Notes under the pieces: generated by a model
What the model was told of the DNA's origin: nothing
What the model saw: the letters and a program-made list of their open reading frames with translations, nothing else
The model's database searches: none
Source: Minutocellus sp. GHC0000111
Lineage: Eukaryota
Length of the DNA: 64,000 nucleotides
Reading direction: 5' to 3'
Assembly (NCBI GenBank): GCA_977018835.1
Contig: OZ361259.1
Coordinates: forward strand, 4,340,001 to 4,404,000
Program-made: the position numbers and the translations under genes
Shown: positions 23,637 through 35,800 of the stretch, one piece after another
Numbering within the stretch: position 1 is the first letter of the stretch
Layout: each line of letters begins with the position of its first letter

Positions 23637-24893
23637 CTAGTTTGGCCCGACATACATCTTTCGAGCTCTTCCTCGTCCGGTCTCCAGTATCACTCGTCGT
23701 TGTGACAATACGTCCAATCCAAGGAGTACGGCAGGGCCGTTGTACGGCGTAACGCCATCGCCGAGAAGCTGCGAGAAGACAGGCAGATCGCCAATACCAA
23801 CTCTAACCGAATCCCAAGGCTTAAAGCTTGGAGGCGGGTCTTCAAATTTCACTTGACCAGAGCTGTCTTTGGAGGCTTCGCCAACATAGGTAAATTGAAG
23901 CTCGTGTGTAGGGAGCATGAGTGGTCTACCATCGATTCCAATACCCATGATTGCAGGCGAGTTGCGATAAGCACTATCATCTTTCGGTGGCAAGCCCAAA
24001 TCCTTGGCAGCCGCCCAGTTCACACAAGAGAACGAGGCGCCACAGTCTAGAATCCCGACCACCGGCTGCTTCGAAGTTGCGGTGGTGGATGTAACTCGTA
24101 TCCCTAAAAGTCCAGTCTCGTTCAAAACGGCATCAGGGACCATTACCAAACCTTTCTTACTTGCCTCCCCGGCGGCGGTGCCTGGAGACCAGAGCCGCAG
24201 CCGGTTGTTTGTAAAGTCAACGTCAGTATCAAATAGGTCCAACAGCTCCATGCCGAGCATACCCTCAACATTGTGCTTTGGATCGATGTGTTCCTGTGGG
24301 AAATCAGTGACAACCGCGTGAAGTGGGGGTAGATTCAATTCATCTTTTCCAGCGAATTCTCCACAGCACAGGGAAACGCCGTCCAATTCAATAAGTGCCT
24401 CGGAGCTGTCTCCTCCTGCTGAAAGCCCTCTCACAATGCCGCCACCTCGCTTGGGGGTGATGCCGAGAGTTTCTTTTAGGTGCGGTGTTATCATTTCTGT
24501 GGTGAGACCTGAGTCGACCATAAACTCGAACGGGCCTTGCCCATTCACCTTGAGCTGTACAACGACGTATTCTCGCCCAAATGCTTGTGGCGGGAGCTGG
24601 AGTCGAATCATCGGCAGATCGGCAATAGGAGTGGCCGTGGCTGCCAATGCAGGTGGAGACAGCCCAGCAGATTCTGCAATTAGAAACGGCACAGAGGTTC
24701 CAATAGCAAGGTTGGATAGTGCCCTACGCCTCGATTGATGTGCATATCTTTTCAGGGATGATGCGGATCTTCGATGGATCTTTTCCGAATGGTGTGTCAG
24801 GGTGGTCGCTCTGCCCGAAGGCATAAATGCCGAGGCCAGAGGCGACAAGAGCAGGGAAAGTAGTAATGATACGATGGCTGGAGGCTTCATCAT
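23637..24893 (-). CDS. Tandem retropepsin-like aspartyl protease with bipartite plastid signal
   Basis: Signal ending LASA-FMP. Two catalytic-like motifs, FMVDSG and ILDCGAS, each followed by a G(M/L)LG-type motif (GMLGMELL, LLGLDVL). Confidence 0.8.
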   Translation of the reverse strand: MMKPPAIVSLLLSLLLSPLASAFMPSGRATTLTHHSEKIHRRSASSLKRYAHQSRRRALSNLAIGTSVPFLIAESAGLSPPALAATATPIADLPMIRLQLPPQAFGREYVVVQLKVNGQGPFEFMVDSGLTTEMITPHLKETLGITPKRGGGIVRGLSAGGDSSEALIELDGVSLCCGEFAGKDELNLPPLHAVVTDFPQEHIDPKHNVEGMLGMELLDLFDTDVDFTNNRLRLWSPGTAAGEASKKGLVMVPDAVLNETGLLGIRVTSTTATSKQPVVGILDCGASFSCVNWAAAKDLGLPPKDDSAYRNSPAIMGIGIDGRPLMLPTHELQFTYVGEASKDSSGQVKFEDPPPSFKPWDSVRVGIGDLPVFSQLLGDGVTPYNGPAVLLGLDVLSQRRVILETGRGRARKMYVGPN

Positions 24894-24900
24894 AGATGTA

Positions 24901-24952
24901 ACTGGTGCAGATTCTCAAATGTGTGTACTGGCGCAGATTCTCAAATGTGTGT
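24901..24952 (+). repeat. 26-bp tandem duplication in a divergent promoter/5'UTR
   Basis: actgg(t/c)gcagattctcaaatgtgtgt, twice in tandem. Confidence 0.9.
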
Positions 24953-25096
24953 CATCTGCTCATCTTGGAGGTCGGTCATCATGGCGGTCGGTGCTTGAGA
25001 GCCCGGCGCCGAAAAAGCCTTCGGCAACAGGGTCCGGGTTCCTCATGCCGATGTGATCGTGATGTGCCATTTTTCGTTTTATTTTCCAACGACAAA

Positions 25097-26257
25097 ATGG
25101 CCAAGAAGAAGACCAACCGTACGAGCCGCAGTAAAGGCTCGTCGAAGCCTCAAAACAATGAGCCGGCGGCGTCCTCACTCCCGTCCACCATTCTTCTCTC
25201 GTCTGTGTTCGTTGTCTTCGTGGCGATGGCACTAGCGGGTGGATACCACGTGGGACGAAGTGGTGTGGTCGGCAACCCCAATGACGCTCAGGAAACCACC
25301 CACGCCACTGCAAATGCCAGTGCCAGTTCCTCAACCGCCATCACAACTGTGGTACCATCTGGTACCGAGATCAGCATCGCCATCTACCACGAGATTGGCG
25401 ACAATGATGAGGCGGAGCTGACCGAGAAGCAAAAATCTGATCTCATGACATACGTATCCTTCGATGACGGTTATGCTGCATGTTTGCAGAGCGATTCCGG
25501 CGGTGACAGCGACATGTTTGGCGTTCGGGCTTTGAAGAAGCTCAAGTACGACTTTTTGCAGCGTGTTGCAAACCGTAGGGACTTTTGGGTGGCGGAAGTA
25601 CCTGCCAGGGCGGGCGCCAGCCAGCTTCTCGAGGCAGCGGAACACCTGCGAAGTATGTGCAGGCTATTGACGCTGACGCATGAAGATTATGAGGGCAGGA
25701 CCAAGGCGGTGCTGCAGAAGGCCATGGACAAGGAAGACTTTCTCGACAACTTCTCGGTAAAATCTCAGGGCAACGCCCATGATTATAGAACTGCCGTGTG
25801 CCTGCATCGTTTCACTGATGGGGCATTTCATGCCAATGCTCTCACCAAGCAAGAAAAGGAGGCCAAGACGGCATTGACCAAGATCCGGTACGAATGGGCC
25901 AAGAATATTGCAGAACTCAAGAAGTTGGCTTTGGCTGAGCCACCTCGTCCCATGCCTGAAGGTTGGAGTGTGCACCGTGAGGAGGACAACGGCCATTTGT
26001 TCTACCAGAATAAGGCGACCGGCAAGACATCGTGGATTCGACCGGTGCCTGTATTCGGTGGCAAGGGCGTCATCGTTGATTTCCCTCCGCCGGCTAAGAA
26101 TGGAAAGAGCGTTCTGGCGTCAACCATTGCAAGGAAGAAGCCCTGTCCCATCGAGGATACAATCGCCATACTGACTGGCGTTCCTTCTCCCAATGCCACA
26201 AGCGAATCAAGCAACTCCAACTTGAAGGTTACTTCGAGTGGAGGCAAGAAGGGATGA
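25097..26257 (+). CDS. Type II membrane protein with a WW domain
   Basis: ATG 25097 (MAKKKTNR), TM segment ILLSSVFVVFVAMALAGG, WW domain MPEGWSVH...GHLFYQNKATGKTSWIRP. Confidence 0.75.
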   Translation: MAKKKTNRTSRSKGSSKPQNNEPAASSLPSTILLSSVFVVFVAMALAGGYHVGRSGVVGNPNDAQETTHATANASASSSTAITTVVPSGTEISIAIYHEIGDNDEAELTEKQKSDLMTYVSFDDGYAACLQSDSGGDSDMFGVRALKKLKYDFLQRVANRRDFWVAEVPARAGASQLLEAAEHLRSMCRLLTLTHEDYEGRTKAVLQKAMDKEDFLDNFSVKSQGNAHDYRTAVCLHRFTDGAFHANALTKQEKEAKTALTKIRYEWAKNIAELKKLALAEPPRPMPEGWSVHREEDNGHLFYQNKATGKTSWIRPVPVFGGKGVIVDFPPPAKNGKSVLASTIARKKPCPIEDTIAILTGVPSPNATSESSNSNLKVTSSGGKKG

Positions 26258-26619
26258 GGAATTGTTCCGGACTTAAAGGTGACAGCGACTGGAAGCGGCG
26301 GTGCGCAATTCAAGGTCACTCCGGCCTAAATCCGCAGCTCTAGATGTAATTTTTCAGATGTTCTAATGTACAATTGTAGCAGCAATTACCGGTACATGCA
26401 CGGTAGGAATTATTTGCCCATTTGCCTGCAGCATTCCTCGGATGATGAAAAGTAGGAGGAACTACTCCCCAAATTATTTGAGGCATTTAGAAACTTCGAT
26501 AGAGGAGTGTTGCAGTCTGGTCGTCGTCCTTCCTTGTAGCATTCGCCATCATCTTTCAGAAAAGTGACGAAGGAAGGAAGCGAAGGAGCTGACTGTCGTA
26601 ACCGATTATCAGTGGCCTC

Positions 26620-27480
26620 ATGAGGCCCTCACTTCTATCCCTGGCATCGATCCTTGCATCCGCGTCGGCCCGCAGTGGCAGTGGCTCTCTTTTCACATCT
26701 CGCGGCGGTAGTAGCGCAGCATCTACGGCAGCAGCCTTTCTGACTCTTTCGTCGTCGGCGAAGTTCCGAAGTACGGCACGTGCCGAGGCCATCGAAGTTA
26801 AAGACTATCCCGAAGACGGCAGAATGGACAATCAGACCTGCCTCAAGTCCTCGGCGGCGGACGAGTTTGATGCGGAATATCCGGGCACGGTTGTGAAGAG
26901 GCTGCGTGCCGTCAGGGAACGTGTATCGCAGCTTACGGACGACGATTTGAATGGAAGATGGGTTGACGTTCGCCGTAAGCTGCTTTGGGCTGGCGGACTT
27001 CGCGACTTGTCCGGTGCGAGGCCTGGTGAGGGATATACAGGACATAGCTTTAATGACTGGAATCACGTCGACTTGACTTGTATGAACGACGGCAACAGCG
27101 ATAATCAGAACGATGGCCGAGTAAAGGGCATTGCCGTGGGCAACTTTTTGGGTGAAGGCATTCGAGTTGCGAGTCTCCCGGAACTAGGACCAGGAGGAAG
27201 CTGGAGTACCTGCGCCCTCGGATGTAATCAGGACCCGCCTCAGGATGTTGCCCACCTTCAATTCAAGGCAAGAGTTGCCTTCAAGCTTGTCTGGGTGCCC
27301 AACGAGCAGTTCGATACATTTGTCTTGGTGGACGATGATGGCAATCTACTGGCACGTGGTACACCCAGCGATGGACCTGGAGGACTGCCACCGCTTCGCG
27401 AACGAGTTCAAAATTACCGCATTATGGAGGGATCGAAGTATTCTCGTGCCGCCGATGCCATTGTTGCCGAGTCCAAGTAG
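26620..27480 (+). CDS. Conserved hypothetical algal protein with N-terminal signal
   Basis: 286-aa ORF with a signal peptide and conserved-looking motifs GYTGHSFNDWNHVDLTCM and SLPELGPGGSWSTC. Confidence 0.7.
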   Translation: MRPSLLSLASILASASARSGSGSLFTSRGGSSAASTAAAFLTLSSSAKFRSTARAEAIEVKDYPEDGRMDNQTCLKSSAADEFDAEYPGTVVKRLRAVRERVSQLTDDDLNGRWVDVRRKLLWAGGLRDLSGARPGEGYTGHSFNDWNHVDLTCMNDGNSDNQNDGRVKGIAVGNFLGEGIRVASLPELGPGGSWSTCALGCNQDPPQDVAHLQFKARVAFKLVWVPNEQFDTFVLVDDDGNLLARGTPSDGPGGLPPLRERVQNYRIMEGSKYSRAADAIVAESK

Positions 27481-27841
27481 ATCTAGACGTCGAGAAGGGC
27501 GGAAAAAGTCGTCAGGCCTTTTGGTGGTACCTTGTCAAAAACATGCACTTACCGTACTAAACTAGAAAACGCGATCTTCTTTTTAAAGCTGAAATAAAAC
27601 GATAAAAGAGTGAATGAATGGGATTTCGATACAGGTATCTAACGCGCATTGGATGTATCGCAAGTGCTTTGTCCCACCAACAGCTCAGTCAGTTTTACGG
27701 GGATTCCCTGATATTGAAATATACTCCCGCTACAAATTCAAAAGCTTCCGATGGTTCCAGCTCATTTCTCAATTATCTCCACGTCTGCCACGTCTCCATC
27801 GCTCTGACCAGTCAGCAGTTAAAAGAGAGGCAAATATCAAC

Positions 27842-29386
27842 ATGAGGCGTTTGACTACCTCCTTGGGCCTTGTGCTGGTCGGCGCCTTCGCTGTGGTGGG
27901 CACATCCAGCGCCAGCACTGGCACCAGCCGCCGCCGAAGCGGCTCCTCCCTCGACCCCATCGTGGAAGAGGTCCCCACCTCCGATATCGAGGAGTATCTG
28001 CCGACCGGCGACGATGACGATAGCGATGGTTTGATTCAGAAGAATCCGGGATATGTTGCCCCGGGCAGCGGAGATAGCGATAGCGATGCCAGCGAAGACG
28101 ATGAGTCTGAGTACGACAGCGATGATGATGAACTGGACGAAAATGAAAATGTTGATGGCAAATCCAAGATGAACAAGGAGCTATCCAAATCCTTCAAACG
28201 CGGTCGTGCCGCGGGGAGGTTCATCAAGAATCACAAGGCCCAGCTTGTTGTTCTGCTTATACTATATGCCTTCCGTCGAGAAGTGTTCTTGGTGCTGTCC
28301 TCTCTCGTGACCGATCCAGATGGACAGGGAGGCCGAAAGATAAAGGCTCTCTCCATGACCAATCTTCTGAAAATTCTACTGATACTGGATGTTTTGAGGA
28401 AAAGTTTCGGTGGAAGTGGAGGCAGCGGTAAGACATCTGCCCTTGCAATCGCTACCCTGTTTGGTGGTGCGCCTGGGGGCGCAATTGTCAGAGCTCTGTT
28501 CAAGGATGTGTTCAAATCCAATCCGTCGTACGTCCCCCAGATTGAGCAGCATTACACCTTTGAGCGATTAAATGAGCGGTATACCAAGGATAGTTTGGCA
28601 ATGATCAAGGCGTGGGACGGTGGTAAAAGCACAGGTGCCAATCGAACGTTGGCATCGCAGTTGCAGGAATCTGTCTTTATGAGTCGATTAGATGGCAGCG
28701 GCAAGACAGCAAATGCAGCCACTTACAACAGCACGGCCATTATCCTCGACATGACGAATCTTGACACTACGGTTAGCAAGTTGGAAACAATCAGAGATCA
28801 GATATCATTCATACTGAGCCATCATCGGGCGACTAGAAAGATTGGCCAAAGGGTTCGCGACACGGCGGCCGCTGCCAGCAATAATGCTTCTACAATGACA
28901 TCATCTGTTGCGGAGGTGGCGGAGCGTATCCATTCCAACTGGTCGGATGAAATGGAGGTCATTGTGATGTTAGGGTCGCCGGGAGGCTCTGCTGCTCACT
29001 ACGGGTTGGCAGCGCAACAGGTTGGCAGGTTGCGAGACGAAGAGGGGATCAAGCTAACGATAGTGGTCGACACCGTAGCTGCAAGCGGGGGTTACATGAT
29101 TGCATGCATGAGCTCTCCTGGCCAACTCTATGCCGCACCGTTTGCTGTTGTGGGTTCTATTGGTGTCATTGGGCAGCAGCTCAATATCCATGACTTTTTG
29201 AAAGGCTATGGGGTCACTCCACTCACATTCCGAGGCGGCAAGGACAAGGCCCCGCTGAGTTTGATGGGAGAGGTGACTGAGGAGGGGAAGCAAAAGATCC
29301 AAGAAATGATTGACCACACACATGTGGCATTCAAATCACACGTCGCTGAGGCACGACCGATTCTGGCCGATACTATTGATTCCGTA
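27842..29386 (+). pseudogene. S49 peptidase (SohB/SppA-like), 3'-truncated
   Basis: Signal peptide, GSPGGSAAHYGLAA, VDTVAASGGYMIAC, APFAVVGSIGV and GKDK. It stops at [11 protein letters not shown], where the ATGExW...A...GLVD tail is expected, and runs into the antisense strand of PI4K. Confidence 0.85.
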
Positions 29387-29387
29387 C

Positions 29388-30757
29388 CTCAATGGCTTCT
29401 TCAGCTGCGGCCAGTCGAGCCAGCACCAATGGAACCAGCACACATCGCACACGGTGCGAAGGCAGTAGCCGTGGTCGATCGGTATGAGCTCGAAGTTGTC
29501 CGGATCCTCAGGTTTCCGACGGCAAAGGAGATTGGCCGAGTTGCGATCGGCGTTGAGGATGCGTATGTCCAGGATGGCGATCTTGTGCACCTCGTCGACA
29601 CTAAGCTTGGAGGGGCTGAGATCGTCCATGGTGTAATCGGCATGAACAAAGTCCTGGAAGCTTCCGACCTTCTTCTCGAGGATGGCGGAATGATGGCCGG
29701 GAGAGACGTGGACTCCTCCACCGTCGATGTTGTTCGGCGACGAGAGGGTGAGGGAATGCGACCCGATGGCCGCCCCGCCCTCGCTGAGCTTGAGCCGCGC
29801 TCCATTGGAATTGAAGGCCGGGTGTCGAGCCTCGGCCAGGGTGGTGGCGGGAACGCCCGAGAACCCCCCATGGTCGAGCAGATAGGCCGCCACCTCTCGG
29901 ATGCATGCCTCGCCGGGGCTGATGCCGGCTCGCATACCGTCGTCCAGACCACCGTTGAGGCCAAAGCCGGAGCCGGCATCGACCTGCGCGGTAGAGGCAA
30001 CGTACCCTCGCGGGTTGTTGGCAGCATACGGCTCCTCATCGGCGGCCTTGAAGACTGCGACCTTGGCCTTGTGAGCGTCGTGAAGGAAGTAGGTACCGCC
30101 CGACCCATCGAGGACGAGGTCGGGCTTGAGTCCGACGGCAAATCCTCTCCGGGCCTGACAGATCGTCCTGCGCAGACCACGGGGCGTCACGTCGAGGAAG
30201 GACGACGACACGCACACGTCGTTGGCACCGAGGGCGTTGAGGGAGGAGATGCTGGCCAGAGCCGACGCTCCAGCCGTGGACCCACCGCCGGTATTGCTCC
30301 CCGCCGACTTCTTGACCTCGAGGAGGAGGGTCTCACCGGATCGGTAGATGCCGGCATCGTGCAACGTCCGATGATTGGGCAGCTCTCCACCGGACGTCAT
30401 GAGGGGACCAAAGTACAACCGCTGAGAGGACGGCGGTACGCCGAGGTGCTGCCGGAGGACGTCCTTGACATCCTTGACGGTCGACCACGTTCGGACCGTC
30501 AGCGGTCGCTTCTTGCCCTGCTTGTCAGACACGTCTCGGACGAATATCCGCAGGTCGGGTCCCTTGACGGTGCCGGAGGAGCGGTTGGCGCCATGGTGGT
30601 GCTTGCCACCGCTGCTGGCCGTCCGATGGTTGCCCCCTCCTCCTCCGAAGCCGGCGGCCCCGCCTTCGCCGAGGCAGCCGGTGACTCCGGTGCTGTGCGG
30701 CAGGACCATGACCGAGGCCGACAGGTGCGAATTCCGTCCTGGATTGCTGAAGCTCAT
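29388..30757 (-). pseudogene. Type II phosphatidylinositol 4-kinase gamma-like with N-terminal ubiquitin-like domain, 3'-truncated
   Basis: Ubiquitin-like domain (TVKDVKD...QRLYFG...[11 protein letters not shown]), then [55 protein letters not shown] and WLDWPQ. The family's C-terminal helices are absent. Confidence 0.87.
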
Positions 30758-32275
30758 GATGATTGATGATGACGATGCAATGTTCGTTGTTGTTGTTGTT
30801 GTTCAAATGATAAGGCTATGGCGTCGTTTGTTTTTGTGTTGTTATGGTTGATGATGATATGGTACAGATTGCATGGAATGATTGTGATATTTTGCTAGCA
30901 GAAATGAATATGTAGGGAAGTCAAGCGCCGATCAATCGATAAGGATGGATTGGGCAGCGCCTTTTGGCTCGACGCAGGCTTCCGATGTAGGTAGTTGACA
31001 GGAAATTCGAGGAAGGGGTCGGTCCGACTGAGATAGAAAGACCCTTGACTCGATGAGAAACAAACAATTTTTGTGGATATGTGCAGGGTTGGTTCTATCG
31101 GGCGGTGAGTGTGCGGGGTTGCGTTAGCGAAGACTCGGGAAGAAGTCTACCTACAACAACCGCTCCGATGATGAATGTATTGACCGCCAATAATAATAAT
31201 GATGAATGTGAAAGGTGTGTGTGACTGGAGCACCCCGAGTGACTGGACTGACGGGGAGGGGTGCGCAGGATTTTGGGTTTGCGTTGGGATTTCGTTTCCC
31301 CTTCGACTGATCAAGAATACCGGCGGATGAACGGACGAATCGACAAAAGCTCACACAGCGCAGCGAACAATGAAGGCACGGAGTCAGGCGGTAGGGGGGT
31401 CTCCAGCGCAGGAACCTCTTCGCCTGAGGGATTGAGTCTCTTGCCGTACCTTCAAGATTGACCTTGCGCCTTGCCTTGACGCCTCTTTTTCTGCGCTGGA
31501 CGACGACAAGGCCTTTTTGCTTTCCGCGTGTCAAGCGCACGATTTCGAAATGACGATTAAGGTGTCAGAAAGAAACTATGAGTCACCGCGCGGAAATTCT
31601 GTCGAAGCCGCGAGAAGATGGTGTCGGTCGAGAGAGGGAGAAACGAGTGAGAATCAACGGCGCGACGGGAACGCCAAGATGGCAAGAGGGATCGCAGATG
31701 CGTGAGATATGGTTGAATCAATGGCATATCGTGCCAGCGGTACCGAAAGTTCAGCGAAAATGGCACATCATGGCCTCGCAAATGGCACAACAAAAGTGCC
31801 GTCGTCTATCCAAGAAGGAAGAACAAAAATGACTCCTGCCTGCGGCGCGGGCCAATATCTTGGGCAAGCCAAGAATAAAAGCGATGCCACCAGAGCTATT
31901 CCATGGAGCAGATCCATGAGACACAATGCACAATCGCTCGTACGAAATCTCCAACCATGACGCAACGTTCGCTCGCATGGATGCCCGTTACATTCCCACT
32001 TTTGTTGCCTGCGCGCCAACGGAACTTTCATCCAAGATCGACTCGAAGATATCGTTGCAATTTTCACGGCGTTCTCGTCCATTCCCACCACATTCACGAC
32101 CTCCACATCGTTGCGAACACACATGCAATAAACGGCATGGGGCCAATGGCAATGGTCAAACAATTGCACGGAATTCTCACCTGATCGATCTTCCATTCCA
32201 ACTCCGCAAAAGTGCGGGGCGGCACAAACGAGCATGCCAACACGCGCGAGGGTACGTGTGCTGTATGACAAGAAG

Positions 32276-32776
32276 ATGGCCAATACCACCACCGAAGCGG
32301 CAGGACATCATGGCGCGAATTTGGCCTCATCGGCCTCGGACGATCCATTTCTTTCTCGAGCCGATCTCCTTTTGGCTGATGCCACCGAAGCCCTCAAGAC
32401 CAACCAAGCCATGATGGCGAACCTCGCCAAAAAGAGCAACGAGAAGGATGATGCCATTGCCAAACTTCGCCAAGAAATAGCTTCACTCAAGGCCGAGAAC
32501 CGCGTTCTGCGTGAGGGACGCAACCACACTGGTGGCAGTGGAGGCTACCGCGGCGGTGGCCAGCAGAACGGCGCCGGCCACTTCCCAGGCCAAGGTCCTA
32601 ACCTCAACCGCCAGGAGAAGCGGGAACTGCAGTCGATCCTCCCCAGAGGCCATTGTTGCCACACGTGCGGCTATTCGTCCAACCACCCCAGCTTTGAATG
32701 CACTTGCAAAGGGCCCAACCACGTTGACAACGCCACCAAGTACAATCCTTGCGGTGGTAGCTCGCGTCGTAACTGA
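32276..32776 (+). pseudogene. Copia gag C-terminal fragment
   Basis: Coiled coil followed by H[C]CHTCGY..NH.S.EC..K...H...AT..N..GGS, the CoDi-type Gag end. Confidence 0.8.
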
Positions 32777-32889
32777 GCGGGAGGGACGGTGGATGTTAAT
32801 CAGTGTAAAATAGAGGATAGCATGTCTAAATCCACCTCCTCCCCGCCTTCGTTAGCTTTTCTTACGTCAAAAAGCAAACCTCCAACTCA

Positions 32890-35800
32890 AGAGCCAATCG
32901 TCCTCGCAGCAGATGCTGGAACGACGGGACATTTTGTCCAGAAGCCCCAATGACTGTCGTGCGATGGCCCTGTTTTCAACGTCCAACAGACAGCAATTCC
33001 TATCAGCGTCACCCTTCCGGATAGTAGCACAATGACGAACACCCACGAGGCCACGCTTCGCCTCCCTGGGGTTTCCCCATCGGCTAGCAAGGCCTATATT
33101 TTCAACAACATGGCATCATCGCTCCTGTCGATTGGGCAGCTGTGTGACGATGGATGTGTTGCCACTTTCGATAAGGATTCGGTAGTCATCGCCAAGGACA
33201 ACGCCGTCATTTTGCAAGGTAAACGAGACCCCTCAACGAAATTGTGGATGGTAGATCTTAATTGCTCGCCCACCATGTCGCCGCTCCCCGGCCCCAACGT
33301 CATCCAATGTGCTGCCAACGCCGCAATTGCCCAGGAGACGGTTCCGGAACGTGTAGCCTTTTTACATTGGTGCGCTGGCAGTCCTCAGCTATCTACCTGG
33401 TGCAAAGCAATCGATGCGGGATTTTATAGATCTTGGCCAGGCCTCACATCAAAGCTTGTACGCAAGCACATGCCACAGTCGATACCGATGATTAAAGGTC
33501 ACATAGACCAGCAGCGCAAGAACATCAGGTCGACCAAGCCCAAACGGTCGATGGCTACGCCAAAATCTCTCCCTGGGGTGGACGAAACCGAGCAGGATCT
33601 CCACCCGGCACAACACCAACAGCGCACCAACTATGTCTTTGCTGATTGTCATGACATAACGGGCCAGATCTTCTCAGATCAGCCCGGCCGTTTCTTGGTA
33701 TCGTCTATTTCTGGCCACCAGCACACAATGGTCGTCTATGACTATGACTCCAACAGCATCTTGGCCGAACCAATGAAAAGCCGATCGGGAACGGAAATGC
33801 GCCGAGCGTACCAAACTATTTTCGAATACCTCTCCAAGCGAGGATTTCGCCCAAAATTGCAACGATTGGATAATGAAGTGAGTCGAGAGCTGAAGGGGTT
33901 CATGGAAGAAAAGGATGTAGATTTTCAATTGACCCCAACGCACTCCCACCGCCGAAATGCGGCCGAACGAGCCATTCGAACCTTTAAGAATCATTTCATT
34001 GCGATTCTCTGTGGTGCCGATCCCGACTTTCCCCTCATCTTGTGGGATAAATTGCTGGAGCAGGCGGTAATGACCCTCAATTTCCTGAGAGCATCCGAAG
34101 TCAACACTCGACTATCAGCGTACGAGCAACTCAATGGCGGCTTTGATTTCAATCGCACGCCTCTCGGCCCCCTCGGATGCAAGGTCATCTTTCACGAGGT
34201 GCCCTCGGCACGCGGCTCTTGGTCCCCGCATGGCGTTGATGGGTACTATGTCGGTCCAGCCATGGAACACTACCGGTGTTACAAGGTTTGGATTGAGGAA
34301 ACTCGGGCGGAACGCACTGGTAACACACTCGTCTGGCTCCCCAAAATGATTCCGGTACCCAAAACGTCGTCGGCCGATGCAGCAATAGTCGCAGCTCATG
34401 AACTCCTGCACGCTCTACAGAATCCACATCCAGCGGCACCCCTTGCTCCCCTTCGAGACGAGCATCGTCAAGCTTTAGAAAAGCTCTCCGAGATATTCAA
34501 CAGCGTGACCCCAGCAGAATCTGCCACCTCCGCCTCTGATGAGACGATGCAGACAACCGCAGCTCCGAGGGTGCTGGAGAACGATGACGACTCCCAACGA
34601 TTCCGCCTCGGTACCATCGTCGCCAAAGTGTTTGGAGATCGCAATTACAAGGGTAGAGTCGTTGCATTTGACAAGAAGTATAAGCACTACAAAATCAAAT
34701 ACGAGGACGACGACGTAGAAGAGATGAACGAGACTGAAGTAGGCCGTCACCTTGTCTCCAACCCCAACGCTCCGTTACCTCAGCCCCAGCAACCTCCGAG
34801 GGTGGCAAAATCCTCCACATATGATGCAGCCACCACTAAAAGCCGTCGATCACGTCGATCCAACGCGCCACCTCGCTCGTCAGGTTCTTCCAACTACTAC
34901 AATCCTTTGGCTGCAGTAGACGAGCCCAACGGCGACGATGATGACAATCATGACGACGATGCAACCGTCGTAACATCCAATCAAAGTTCCAATGCCCCCA
35001 CCTCCCGTCGGCAACGTAAACGCAAGTCTCCAACGATCGATACCACTCCAACATTACCAGCTCCAGCAAAATCGACAAGCAAGTCCAAAAACCATCGACC
35101 GCCAAACCATCTCGACGACGATCATACCGTCAGCGAGGGTACATTCCACATCGGAACCCTCCCCCACGGCCATCATCTCGTCGTAGTGCCCACCACGTGG
35201 CCAACATGGCAGCTTTCTCGCCTTTACCAAACCTCCAACACTTTGCTAACGCCGTCGTCCATCCCGATGCTGGTGCAATGCTTGAACACCGCGACCTCCT
35301 CAAAACGAACATGAGGGACCAATTCATTCAAGCAAACATCGATGAAATTGGACGGCTAACGGACGGCCGAGTTGGAAACAGTGCTAGCATTCCCTCCAAC
35401 ACAATGGCTTTCGTCCACTGGTCCGAACTGCCTCGGGGGGGGAAAGCCACATGCCTCCGCATTGTCGCCGACTGTCGCTCCCATAAACCAAATCCCAATC
35501 GAGTTCGATGGACTGCAGGAGGCGACAAAATTCATTACCCTGGCACAGTCTCGACCCCGACCGCTGAAATGTTGACTGCAAAGTTACTTTTCAACAGCGT
35601 CATCTCTACAGACAACCAACGCTCGTTTCATGGGAATTGATATCAGTGACTTCTATCTCAATAGCACCATGCCAGAGCCAGAATGGATGTGGGCGCCAGT
35701 AGCTCTCATCCCCGACGAAGTCATGGAAGCCTACGACCTCCACGACAAAGTAAAGAATGGTCGAGCATTGGGTCAGAATCGATGGCGGAATGTATGGATT

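Noticed and set aside
27614..30766. 1050-aa ORF as a novel S49 fusion protein
   Set aside because: The C-terminal ~460 aa are the antisense reading of the GC-rich PI4K gene, joined by a deletion.
31700..32260. Possible 5' LTR or DNA-transposon end (repeated atggca/gtgcc motifs)
   Set aside because: No match to the 3' LTR, and no TIR or TSD partner found.
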